DNA of 64,000 nt, taken from Tubiluchus corallicola (lineage: Eukaryota > Animalia > Priapulida). Position 1 is the stretch's first letter. Every line of letters begins with the position of its first letter. The notes beneath the pieces were generated by a model that saw only the letters and a program-made list of their open reading frames with translations, did not search any database and was not told the origin of the DNA. The stretch covers positions 104,412 to 168,411 of the forward strand of contig JAQGDQ010000485.1 in the NCBI GenBank assembly GCA_030141605.1, given 5' to 3'. Positions 50,358 through 63,239 of the stretch are shown piece by piece. A program made the translations under genes and the position numbers.

Positions 50358-50624
50358 CTGCACGCGCGCCGTTTGCCAGTATTGACAAGTATTAAGGACT
50401 GGTCTTGAGAATAAAGCAGTTTTTCTTTCAATAATTCTTTCCTTTAACAACTGTATAACTCCATATTTTCTCTCCGAAAATGCTTCTCCGACGTTCTAGC
50501 AGTTCAAAAAATTTTTGGGCGCCAACCATGGTGGCGCCCGCTCCCCGGCGCTTCGCCCCCCCCCCCTGAGGGGGCCTCACGCGCCCCACTTCCTCGGGCC
50601 TCGCTTAAGCGGAAATAGGCCCTG
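50131..50624. mobile_element. hAT MITE family E with internal (CT)n
   Basis: TIR CAGGGCCTATTTC / GAAATAGGCCCTG; perfect 8-bp TSD TATAGCAG. Confidence 0.92.
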
Positions 50625-51294
50625 TATAGCAGTACTGGGTTTGTAGCAGTATTGGTTATGTACGTGGATTTTTGAAAAGCAGGAAAAGTTCAAGCAAGAG
50701 AAAGAACAACAGCTAGGCTATACAGTCTTTCAGTCTGGTATGCTAGCCTTTAACCATTGAAGTTAAACAACAAAACCTGATGTACAATGAATATAATAAG
50801 GCCTACACTACAGATAAATAATTGTAAAGTTATATAATTTTTAGAAAACGCTTGATAATACAAGAGCCATGGAAAGTGACCTGTTAACAACAACTTTTTT
50901 CATTACACTTCCACTGAACACAAAAACTGATCTGTTCACACGGCGATCAGACGCTGAGCACGTGCCTGGAGCTTAATTGGAAATAAAACAACCATTTAAA
51001 ATAATTGCAGGAGGCTTCATTACAATGGAGACTGAGAGACTGAATATATATATAGATAGTTTCTATCTGATATGAAATGCATCAGTCTTAAATATTCGTA
51101 CATTAATATTTTCTAACCGTATTTTCTACTAATGTCTAATGTAATCTTGTAGTAAAACTTGTCAGCTTGTGTAGTTATAGTCTATTCTTACCGTAAATGT
51201 TCTTGTAAATAGTGTATAAAGTCTGTTGTGGTGAGGATCCTAAATCATGTTGTTCAAACTATCTGATCCAATCCTATAATAAATTATGTTTAAA

Positions 51295-52010
51295 CTAAAT
51301 TAAATAGCAATGTAGGCCTGTTTTAACTAACTGTGACAACAACAGTTAGCAGTACGAGCAAGAAAACACCTAACACCCAGAACAGGCCTAAATTAAATAG
51401 CAATGTAGGCCTGTTTTAACTAACTGTGACAACAGCAGTTAGCAGTACGAGCAAGAGAACACCTAACACCCAGAACAGGCCTAAATTAAATAGCAATGTA
51501 GGCCTGTTTTAACTAACTGTGACAACAGCAGTTAGCAGTACGAGCAAGAGAACACCTAACACCCAGAACAGGCCTAAATTAAATAGCAATGTAGGCCTGT
51601 TTTAACTAACTGTGACAACAGCAGTTAGCAGTACGAGCAAGAGAACACCTAACACCCAGAACAGGCCTAAATTAAATAGCAATGTAGGCCTGTAGGCCTG
51701 TTTTAACTAACTGTGACAACAACAGTTAACAGTACGGGTAAGAGAACACCTAACACCCAGAACAGGCCTAAACTAAATAGCAATGTAGGCCTGTTTTAAC
51801 TAACTGTGACAACAACAGTTAGCAGTACGAGCAAGAGAACACCTAACACCCAGAACAGGCCTAAATTAAATAGCAATGTAGGCCTGTTTTAACTAACTGT
51901 GACAACAGCAGTTAGCAGTACGAGCAAGAGAACACCTAACACCCAGAACAGGCCTAAACTAAATAGCAATGTAGGCCTGTTTTAACTAACTGTGACAACA
52001 ACAGTTAGCA
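51295..52010. repeat. 93-bp minisatellite, ~7.7 copies
   Basis: Units start at 51295, 51388 and 51481 (period 93). Confidence 0.95.
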
Positions 52011-53344
52011 GGCGTTTTAAATCAACGTGGCGCTTCAATTTCCTTAAAACAATCGATGCACATTTCATTGCTATCTTGGTTGCCATTACAAAAATAAAAT
52101 TCTAAAATTCCGAGCTTCAGTTGTCCTGCACGACATTTGATATTGATTTCACGGCGTCTAGACGAATTTCAATCCCGCCTTAAGACAACGGTGAAACGGG
52201 CATCGCGAACATCAAGTAATGCAACAAGAATTGAACGCCATTTGCGCGCATGCGCCGTTGAGACATTGATTGAACAAATTCAACACGAAATTCTGAAAAA
52301 TTGGCTACTCAAAGAACTGAGCAGACGTTACGTAAGGTAAAGATGCTCCCGATAGTTGATTCCATTGTAAGACATAATTCAAATATAGGCCTAGGAATAT
52401 ATGGTCCGTAAATACAGGGTGTCCAAAAAATCGTTCCCCCAAATTAACTCGTTACTCTGTATCCCGGTAGAGGCATTTGTAAAAGTGGCCCACACTATCG
52501 CGTAACCCGGTTTGTCCTCTTTCTAAAGACCCAAGAATTTTCTTCCAACATCATCAATAATCGCCTCTAATCAGGACGTTTTTATACGCCGCGCAGGAAA
52601 TGTCACTACCAGGACAAAAGGGCTACAGGTTGGTTTTAGAAACTGTTTTTTCTGAAGCGAATGGCTAAAATATATATATAATCTTTATTTGACATAAAAA
52701 ATCGATATTCATAACTATAAAAGCATAAAAGAACATCGCAGCATGAGAGGAAAATTCACACAACTGTTAAAGGCAAATGCGTCCAGTGCAAACTAAAAAC
52801 TACTGTGCCAAAAATTTAAAACAAAAATATACATTATAATATTACACCGAAATTATAAAATATATTGTAGGATCTTTCTATAGACTCATCATCGGCATTT
52901 ACCGCTCACAAATTAGTGGCTTAAAGTTTGGCAAAAATGGCAAAGAAAAACAGTGCATTACCAAACCCTTGAGGGCTCTCAGAGTTCCAGGTTCCCACAT
53001 GCCTTACGATCCCCCCAAATCGCGAAACATCATCTGATTATTCTTTTAACATCATTTTTCAACAACTAAATCTAAATCGTGTTTTAATAGAACGTATTTA
53101 ATCCAGGTCACAAATAATTGCAATTTCACTGTTCTTTATGAAACACCATCCGTCTTTATTTAGCTCTCTAGCATTTTCTGTTTTTACTATAATCTATAGA
53201 ACGGTTTATTAATGGTGACGCGATGTATTTTTCTTGTTTTTTTGTGTTAAGTACTTATTATAATTCTGAGTTTTACTGACCAAGAAGTTTTTCAGCTGCA
53301 CGCGATATAGTGTATATTTAATAGCTGTTTTCTCCGTCATCCGC

Positions 53345-53405
53345 CTCCCCCCTCTCTCTCTCACTCTCATCTCATTCCCCGCCCTCTCTCTGTTTCTCTC
53401 TCTCT

Positions 53406-53475
<70 letters not shown>

Positions 53476-53580
53476 CCTCTCCCCCTCTCTCTTTCTCTCT
53501 CTCATCTCCATCCCCCTCTCTCTCTCTCTTTCTGTTTCTTTCTCTCGCTCTCCTCTATCTCTCTCACTCACTCACTCTCT
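53345..53580. repeat. (CT)n-rich microsatellite
   Basis: Direct reading. Confidence 0.93.
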
Positions 53581-55061
53581 TTGCGGCAAGTAGGACGTAT
53601 GATTCAAGGAAGACAACTTTATACTAAGTAATTGTTAATTTAGGCCCGCTCCAGTATACAAAAATAAATTATGTAGTTGTGTAAAGTTAATTTGTTTGTA
53701 TAATACTTGTGATTCGTTTGAAATTATATCTAATTTAAGTATAAAATGTTATTCGTTGTACATAGTGTGAAACTGGATTTAAAAGATTTGTTATGTGAAA
53801 ATGTAATTTGTTGATTTGAGCCTGCAAAAAGAGGCACCTTTGTGTATATATATATTCATTTCTTCAATAAAGATTTATTATTAATATTAATATTATATCA
53901 CTCTCTTTCTTTCTCTCTCATCTCCCTCCCTCCCTCCCCCTCTCTCTCTCTTTCTCTCTCTTTTTCTGTCTTTTTCAAATGAAATTGTCACAACTGTGCC
54001 CTTGCAGCATTTTTGGCAATAATATAACTTAGTCGGTTCATAGTCGGTTCTTGCTTTTTCGTTTTTTTTTCAGCAAATACAGATTGGTAGGACGAGAATG
54101 AACAGCGGCTTAACCGTTGGGAATGTGTAAACTACATACGACTAAAGATTTTAACTTTTAAAATAGCGTGTCTGTGAAAAAAGGCTTAGCAAAAAAAGGA
54201 CAAGCTTGATTTAACAAAAACGGAATTCGTTTGTCAATATATTTAAATGGCGAGGGAAGTATGTAATAGCCTACACCGTGCCACACAAAGTGCTGAATCA
54301 TTTTGCGTTTTTCCCATTTCGATCTACTTTGCTGTTTAGCCGTATGGCATTATTTCATATTGATCCGTCCCTTTTCAGAGGCTTTCTCTTTGCGCCTCGT
54401 GTAAATTAACTTCTTTCTCTTTCCCTTTCCCTTTCACTATAGCTGCGTTCGTAAAGTCTGCGGTGTGTAAAAGCAATTTTTTCCTGCGCGATGTACGCCA
54501 CCATTTATTGAATTTTGCGTGGGAATCCTGCAAGGCTCAGTGCTGACGCCCAATCAGAGTTGGCACGGTGCCAACTCGTCCTCGTGTGCGCAGTTACTGT
54601 CGTATTGATTTGTGTCGAAATGTCATGTGAAGCTTGGAAGCCAAAGCGGCTGTGTCACTATGTGCTAGCAGAGACTACTCTGTTCTCCAAGCTGTAGTGA
54701 CTATTGCGCTCAACGGCGCATGTGCAAACACGTCGTCTCAGGCACTTCCTTCCGGTAGTGTTTTAGCAGTAGTAACGCAGTTTAATTTTTATAAAACCCC
54801 GTCGATAAATTTGCGTTATTAAAGCATTCAGTATGTTGCACTTAGTCCCAAGGAAAACTTTGCCAGTAAAGCAGTTTTATAATATCCCATCGATAACTGA
54901 CTGCTGATAGCTAGTAGTCAGTTACCGTTACGGCTAGACTGCCAGAAACAGTTGGTTTTTATCTTCCAAAAGATGAGACACGTTAATTAATCAAATTCGC
55001 TGTAGACAAAGATGAATTTCATCATGTAATTGTTGTACAATGCAGCTAGTTGCGTGATGTA

Positions 55062-55242
55062 CAGTCAACCTCGGATATAAGGGACACCTCGGGACAGGAA
55101 AAAACAGTGCCTTATATCCGATGTCCCCTATACCGAAGTGGAGTCAGACCGAGGGTGTATCTAGATCTGTACTTTTCTGTACTTTTAGCCATATTTTATG
55201 GATCATTGCTACACATTCAGTGCAAACGGTATGTAGGAAGCT
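55062..55242 (+). mobile_element. Left part of MITE family D, cut off by a microsatellite
   Basis: TA|CAGTCAACCTCGGATATAAGGGACAC; colinear with 26593-26765. Confidence 0.82.
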
Positions 55243-55746
55243 AAAATAAAGTAAAGTAAACAGTAAAGTAAAGTAAAAGTAAAGTAAAGTAAAGTAAAGT
55301 AAAGTAAAGTAAAGTAAAGTAAAGTAAAGTAAAGTAAAGTAAAGTAAAGTAAAGTAAAGTAAAGTAAAGTAAAGTAAAGTAAAGTAGAGTAAAGTAAAGT
55401 AAACTAAAGTAAAGTAAAGTAAAGTAAAGTAAAGTAAAGTAAAGTAAAGTAAAGTAAAGTAAAGTAAAGTAAGGTGTAAAGTAAAGTAAAGTAAAAGTAA
55501 AGTAAAGTAAAGTAAAAGTAAAGTAAAGTAAAGTAAAGTAAAGTAAAGTAAAGTAAAGTAAAGTAAAGTAAAGTAAAGTAAAGTAAAGTAAAGTAAAGTA
55601 AAGTAAAGTAAAGTAAAGTAAAGTAAAGTAAAGTAAAGTAAAGTAAAGTAAAGTAAAGTAAAGTAAAGTAAAGTAAAGTAAAGTAAAGTAAAGTAAAGTA
55701 ATGTAAAGTAAAGTAAAGTAAAGTAAAGCGGAGGAAAGTAAGGTAA
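55243..55746. repeat. (AAAGT)n microsatellite
   Basis: Direct reading. Confidence 0.97.
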
Positions 55747-56800
55747 ACACAAAAGGACATTGAGAAAACACCCAGTCAGCCAGTGCTCTGTTATCCAAAG
55801 CGCCTTTTGTCAACACCAAAATTCCAGTATATTTAAAGTTAGAACTCCGTGGACTTTTTATAGTGGGATCTCTTTTCTAGGCCTTTCCTGCTGCTAGATT
55901 TTGTTCAGACTGACTTCTTTACCTTATCCGGTCTCACTGGAAAACCCAGAAAGTCATTGGAAGGCCACAAATTCACATCATTACGTAGACATCAGTTCGC
56001 TAAACTCCATCAACGAAACCGGATGGGTAGGAAAGCTGGTCTGTTTCTCACCCTCCACATGATTTCCTTTTAACAACTTCCGAGAAATAACACGAGATGA
56101 TGTCTGTGAGAAAGTTAAACGTTCCCAAGATGTATAGCCTTCAATGGGAACTCGTGAAACCTTACACCAAATCGTGACAGGACACGCTGGTTCCCTTCCG
56201 CGTGGAGTAGGTCAGTGTACTATACAAACAACTCTCACTCTTTCTCTTTTCCAAGGAAACCAAGCAGCAGAAGGACAGACAGCGCCGCGGGTGGCGAGCG
56301 ACGACCTTAACAATAAGCTCCAAGGTTCTCTGGTTGATGATCGAAGTTTACAGCGCCGGGACAATAACGCAGCAGAAATTGTTTCTCGACATTTGCAACG
56401 ACAGTCAAGATCTTTGGGGTCACCTTCGGACGTCCTCAATGGCATAGAGAAATTCAAGACTTTATTGCCTTTGAATAATGAGCAATCAAGCAGCAAACCA
56501 TTCACAAATTGCCAACAAATGGCGCGCATTTGCTGTTTGCATTCTTGAATAACTGTCGTTGATGTTGTTATTACATTCTACAGTAGGTGCTATACAGAAA
56601 AAGATTATACGAGACGAAGTGATCTCAATTGTAATGATAAGTAACAAATCACAGATGAATTGAATAAAAAGAGGACCGCTATTGCGTGTCGAAAAATGAT
56701 AATGTCGTAACCTGCATTTCTTGTATTTCTTGAATAACATTCGTTAATGTTTTTTTCGTTGATGTTGTTATTAGGGATGAGCATCGAACGTTCGAGTTAT

Positions 56801-57028
56801 AAATCCACTGGGCAAAAAATCAATAAGAACCAGGTTCATTTAATCAAAATATAGTACTAAAGAAGTTGGTCAAAATCCACTAGGCAAAAAATCAATAAGA
56901 ACCAGGTTCAGTTAATCAAAATATAGTACTAAAGAAGTTGGTCCAAATCCACTAGTCAAAAAACCAATAAGAACCAGGTTCAATTAATCAAAATATAGTA
57001 CTAAAGAAGTTGGTCCAAATCCGCTTGG
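56801..57028. repeat. Second array of the ~72-bp minisatellite (x3 plus partial)
   Basis: Same unit as 48962-49535. Confidence 0.92.
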
Positions 57029-57623
57029 TCCTAAACCAAATATTATCAGTTCACATGACATAGAATTCTTATATACCGTTAGACTGCAGCACTAGTGAAG
57101 TCATGTTTCTGCAGGGCTGGGAAAAATTTACAGACGCCAAAAGATTATGTGACACGTTCAATATTTAAATCATTGTGACAGCTTCACTCTGCGACAAAGG
57201 TTAGTTGAAGGTTGAACGAAACAAAGGTTGAATATCAAAATCGCATTGATTCGACAAGAAAGTAGTGCCGATTGAGACTGAGCGCAATGTGGCCGCTTAG
57301 ATAAGCACTGGATAACAACGTTGCCTATAAATTACAACGATTGAAGTTGCATGCTGATGACGTCAAGCCAAGCTTCACAGCCTCGGTTTCAACTATTCTT
57401 GAGAAAACGATAAAAAAACATTTCCGACCGCCCGATAAATCACCGTGACGTTTGGCACGAAGCCAAGAACTCTGCATAGGCGTTTGTGCAAGTTGCGCAA
57501 TCTTGCATGTAGGTGGGCACAAAGCGTCATTGCGTCGTCTGAGTTGGAAGATTTTAATCTTGCATTTATTTAACTTTCTGCTTTCATTATGTGGTTTATC
57601 GTGCAATTGTGCGACTTGTGCAA

Positions 57624-58659
57624 TTAAAGGAAGACCGGACGATTGTTTAGACTCAATCTACTTCTAATTTACTGTCCAAAATATACATTTTCTTGCCTAC
57701 AAAAGCTGGCAATTGTTTCTTATATTTGAAAAATAACCTTTTAAAAGTTAATTAACGACAACCGCCCACAGCTATTGCTTACGTCACAAACTAACAACAG
57801 TTTGTGCAATGGCAGGCATTTCTCTTGCGCGTAAGCACGTTTGCGCAAGTGTTGCTGCTTAAACGCGTGATGTCACGAAAATGGGCTCTAGAATTAGAAT
57901 TAGTTTATTCACCGTAACGATTTCACATAACATAAGTAGGCAACGATAACTATATAATTAACAAAATTAAAATTTAACTACAAAACAAAAAAATCATAAA
58001 CAGAGGGCAAATTTCTTTACCGAATCAACAAAAATATCGCGTTTTAATGTAGGGGCACAATAGTTCTTCACTCATACGTCTTAACACATCTCCAACAATA
58101 TTTCATTAACGACGTTAAATTTGGGGAGTGCATAAGGTTACAAATGCTCGAAAAGTTCAACTCAGAATGTTCAATTCGTAAATCTTCTGTCACCGGACAT
58201 CTCAATAAGACGTGGGCTTCTGTTTGAACTTCTTCCTCACATGTACATAATCTGTCTTCTCTCGGTATTCTGGACCAACGTCCGATTTCTACCATGAGAT
58301 TATGCGATGACATCCTAAGTCTGGTAAATTCAACTCTTTGGTAGGATTTCAGATTCCATATCATTATAGACTTTATGAGGTTCTAAACATGGGTTGAGTT
58401 CTATAAATGTCAAAAATTTTGTTCCCGTTTTGTTACGAATTGTTGCCGGAACATCGTCTTTGATATCAGTAGAAAGGATTTTTTGGAGGTACGTGTATCC
58501 TTTGGTATTGTGGATCGTCCACCATACCAGTTCTTTGACTTATCAGTTTCAATAGCAAATTTTTTTGTGACTGTTGTATTCTATTCTGGAGGCTGGGAAT
58601 TCTAGCTTCCATCTACATCATATGACGTCAGAAACTAACACTGCAGTTCATGATCATGC
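57624..58659 (-). mobile_element. MITE family A split by a LINE insertion (57624-57890 and 58612-58659)
   Basis: TTAA|AGGAAGACCGGACGATTG left end; the body stops at atgggctcta and resumes at tctacatcatatgacgtcagaaac. Confidence 0.8.
57891..58611 (-). mobile_element. 3' fragment of a non-LTR retrotransposon (RTE-X-like C-terminal Cys/His domain)
   Basis: ORF 58068-58364 reads TRLRMSSHNLMVEIGRWSRIPREDRLCTCEEEVQTEAHVLLRCP; minus-strand AATAAA plus (CTAATT)2 tail at the junction. Clade assignment is from memory of the motif. Confidence 0.75.
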
Positions 58660-59031
58660 ACCGTCGCTGTTTAAGACAAAAACCTCCTCTGTGAAGTAGA
58701 CCCTGATTCTTAGAGGAAAAGAATCGAACTCATATAACCGAATGTACGGAAATACGTTCAGGTCTGAATTAACAATGGTGTTTTGTGAAAAACGTACTAT
58801 AACGTCACAAGTGTGAACTTGCCTTAAAGTAGAGAAAAGCCACTGATGAGGATAGCCTTCATCAACGAGGCAAGAGTCAACATCCATGCCACAGTCAGGG
58901 CGAGATTCATAAACTTGTGGGCCCTAGGCCAAACTCATCAGTGGGCCCCAAACCTATAGAAGTGTTGGCATGTTCATTTGCACATTAAACTGTTATACAA
59001 AAACGGTGCTAGAACACAGCCTTGCTGAACC

Positions 59032-59204
59032 TGACGCGCAAGGGAAGATGCTTGCCATTGCACAAACTGTGGTTAGTTTGTGACGTAAGCAATAACTGTG
59101 TTCGGTTGCCGTTAATTAACTTTCTAAGCTAATTATTCAAATATAAGAAATAATTGATAGGCCAGAAAGTGTATATTTTGGATAGTAAATTAAAATGAGA
59201 TTGA
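59032..59204 (+). mobile_element. Fragment of MITE family A
   Basis: Colinear with 30576-30755. Confidence 0.78.
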
Positions 59205-60063
59205 TTTTGAAACAGATTCAGATTTAGATTGTGAAAAATTTGAAAAAATAAGGAAGCATTCGTGTTAAACCATTCACAAGCTAATCACAAATCACTTTAT
59301 GTTGTCGATAAGATTAATACGTTTTTAGTTACATAAGTTTTTCAAAACAGGTAAGCGTCACGCCAAGTTATATGACTTTGTGTGAAAAGTTCTTTTTTGT
59401 GACATGCTCTAAAATTGCCGTTTCTTCACCTTTAAGAACCATTCCTGTCTCGCTGAATAACCAAAAAAAACTGATCCTATTCTAAAGCACCTGGCCAGGA
59501 AGGAGGTAGAAAATTACTGAAGCTCTGTGGAAATAAACGTCATGATCGACGAAGACATGTAGGGATCTTCCATTAACTAATATTCGTCCAAGATAAAACG
59601 TGCTTGCGCGTCATGATAATCAAACAAACAGTATCTTTGTAGTACGAACAAACAAATCAACCCCGCTACGAACTCTCCGTCCCCTTTCGCTCTCTGAGCT
59701 CGACTTTGCGCCCCTCGAACCTTGGATTTGTTGTTACAAACGCCAAGCGGAGGAATTTACGCGACGTCTGCAGAAAAACGCCCAGACAACCTTGAACAAA
59801 CCGCTATGCACATTAAACAGTTATACAAAAACGGTGCTAGAACACAGCCTTGCTGAACCTGGCGTGATTTACGATGTCTGAGATTAGTGACAGCGTCAGC
59901 ACATATTCTGTGTCCTCAATTCGGCTGATGCAGCAGCAATCAGATACTGATTTTTCACTTTTTCGTTTCGTCTGCCCTGATTTTGATATGCCATTGATTT
60001 TGTGTGATAGCGGCGTTTTCATAAGATGAAAGTAATACCACTTTTCGAAAGAAACCAGTCGAA

Positions 60064-60468
60064 ATGATGATGGCAAAGATGATGATAATGATGCGGATGA
60101 TCATGGAGATGGTTATCATAATGATGATGATGATGATGACGACGACGATGATGATGATGATTATGAAGATTATCATGATTATCAAGATGACGATAATGAT
60201 AATGACAATGATGGTGATGTTGATGATGATTATGACGACGACGACGACGACGACGACGATGATGATGATGATGATGATGACGATGATGATGATGTTGATG
60301 ATGATAATGATGACGATGATAATGATGATGATGATGATGATGATGCCGATGATGACAATGATGACGATGATGATGATGATGATAATGATGATGATAATGA
60401 TGATGATGACGATGATGATGATGACGAGGACGACGATGATGATGATGACAAAGATAATAACCATGATA
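60064..60468. repeat. (GAT)n/(GAC)n trinucleotide microsatellite
   Basis: Direct reading. Confidence 0.96.
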
Positions 60469-61384
60469 TGATTTTGCATATTATTCTATGGTTTCTGGCC
60501 TTCGAAAATTTGCAAACGTTGGACTGGTCAAGTTATTAAAGGAGAAGTACACGAAATAGAATTGAAAACACTGTCCATTCAACTGCATTGCGTAAATCAA
60601 GCACAGCAGACACTGCAATGTAGGTGGAATGTCCTACTTTTTTGGAGTGGCTATTTTTTGCATTTAGTCGTACTAATATTTGTGTTTTTGTAGTTTAAAC
60701 TTCATATTCCTGGTAAAGCAGTAACTATATATTTTGTAGCTAATTACGACACGAAACTTCAATTTTTGTTGGCCGCCCTGTACAACATTGTGTTTGCATT
60801 CAGCAAACATTAGAAAGTTTTTAATAAAAACATTAAAATTAAAATGTCAGCTATATTGCCATTGTGTTTATGCATTCATAAGCTCAGCAAACTTTTGATT
60901 TTACAGACAGCGTTAAAATTACTAGACTGCAGCAAAGTACATTGAACACGGAATGTAGTGGGTGGAATACATACATACTGGTCTTCCGTGAAAAAACTGC
61001 TGTTATTTCAGGGACCGTACGGGGGGGGGGGGGGGGGACTGAGCGCAGATCAACTTCGAGTAGCGAACTGTCTCACACCCCCACGATTGAAAAATGCCCG
61101 GATTTCAGGCACCACTTTTGGCGGCGTAGAAAAATTTCGAGATTTCCTTTTGTGAAATAATTTTTATTTTTTCAACATTTGGCCGGTGCCCGAAAAAGTT
61201 TGTGGTTGCCCGAAAAGAATGCGTTTGCCCCGAATTCAGGGGACTCCGGCTCGTTCGCCTATACTGGTGCCCTAGTTTTAAAAACGTAATTGGAAACGGG
61301 CATTCGATTGCGTTCTCCTAATTTCGTTATAGTAAACAGTACTTAAAGTTTCTGCGCATTTTTATCAGTAGAGAAGTGATATAT

Positions 61385-62295
61385 ATAATATGATATGATA
61401 TGATATGATATGATATGATATGATATGATATGATATGATATGATATGATATGATATATGATATGATATGATATGATATGATATGATATGATATGATATGA
61501 TATGATATGATATGATATGATATGATATGATATGATATGATATGATATGATATGATATGATATGATATGATATGATATGATATGATATATGATATGATAT
61601 GATATGATATGATATGATATGATATGATATGATATGATATGATATGATATATGATATGATATGATATGATATATGATATGATATGATATGATATGATATG
61701 ACATGACATGACATGACATGACATGACATGACATGACATGACATGACATGACATGACATGGCATAACATAATATAATATAATATAAGGTATATAAATATA
61801 ATATATATAATATAATATATTATAATATAATATGATTTGATATGACGTGATGTGATGCAATGCAGTACAATACAATGCAATGCAATGCAATGCAAATAAT
61901 AAGTTTGAATCGTTTATTATTTATTGAAAATATATTATATTATATTATATTATATTATATTATATTATATTACATTATATTATATTATATTATATTATAT
62001 TATATTATATTATATCATATTATATTATAGACCTATTATATTATATTATATTATATTATATTGTATTGTATTGAATTGTATTGTATTGTATTGTATTGTG
62101 TTGTGTTGTGTTGTGTTGTGTTGTGTTGTGTTGTGTTGTGTTGTGTTGTGTTGTGTTGTGTTGTGTTGTGTTGTGTTGTGTTGTGTTGTGTTGTGTATCA
62201 TATCATATCATATCATATCATATCATATCATATCATATCATATCATATCATATCATATCATATCATATCATATCATATCATATCATATCATATTA
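61385..62295. repeat. Compound pentanucleotide microsatellite (ATATG, ACATG, ATGCA, TTATA, TTGTA, TTGTG, TATCA)
   Basis: Direct reading. Confidence 0.97.
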
Positions 62296-62819
62296 TATAT
62301 ATATAATCGTTTTAACATAAGAAACAGTTAGCTTCACTGAAATAAGAGAGCAATGTGTTTAAATAGGTAATCTTCTAATTCGTTGGCCTAACCTAAGTTT
62401 TGATGGCTAATGCAGTTCTGAGTAAGAAGTATAAAAAATTCTAATTTCATTCACCGGTTTTTATAAGTGTAAACGGCCTTTATTCAGCAGGCAGGTTCAA
62501 CTGTGACTGTTTATTGCTTGTTTAATTATTCATCAAGCGTAAACTCTGAAAATAACGCTTGCTGATTTTCTAAATTTGCTGCGCAGTAACCGTGACATTT
62601 TCAACAGATAACTTGTAAACTTTGCAGCTGAGCTACGTTTGACGTCATCAGCATTAATCTGTGGGAGTCACGTGACATCTACTTGACAACTGATAACGCT
62701 CAATCATAGAACACGTGTCTGTTTCACCGCTTGTTCAGGTGTTACTGAATTATACTAATTATTATCTTAACTGCGTGGGGTTCTATAGACGAAGGGAAGA
62801 TAAATCCATGAAGGGAGAG

Positions 62820-63068
62820 CAGGGCCTATTTCAGCCTAGGCGAGGCCCGGGGAAGTGGGGCGTGCGAGGCCCCATGGGGGTGGGGGTGGGGGTGGGGGGA
62901 TGCGAGTTATGGGCGTTAGCTACCATGGTTGGGGCCCAGAAAATTTTTGAACTGCTAGAACGCCGGAGAAGCATTTTCGAAGAGAAACTATGGAGTTATA
63001 CAGCTGTTAAGGAAAGAACAATTGAAAGAAAAACTGCTTTATTCTCAAGACCAGTCCTTAATACTTAT

Positions 63069-63140
<72 letters not shown>

Positions 63141-63239
63141 CAGTATGTTCGCATAAAGCAAAAAAAAGTTACCTTGGCGTGAGGCCCCCCTAGAGGGTGA
63201 GGCCCCGGGGAAGTATCCCCCCCCTTGAAATAGGCCCCG
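62820..63239. mobile_element. hAT MITE family E with internal (GA)n, inverted relative to the copy at 50131
   Basis: CAGGGCCTATTTC ... GAAATAGGCCCCG; perfect 8-bp TSD AGGGAGAG. Confidence 0.9.

Noticed and set aside
55760-56548. 134-aa and 105-aa ORFs after the AAAGT tract
   Set aside because: No recognisable domain or splice structure; possibly TE-derived but not assignable.
60536-61322. A further TTAA-AGGAGAA MITE
   Set aside because: The right end (TTCTCCT-AA) is imperfect and no second copy confirms it.
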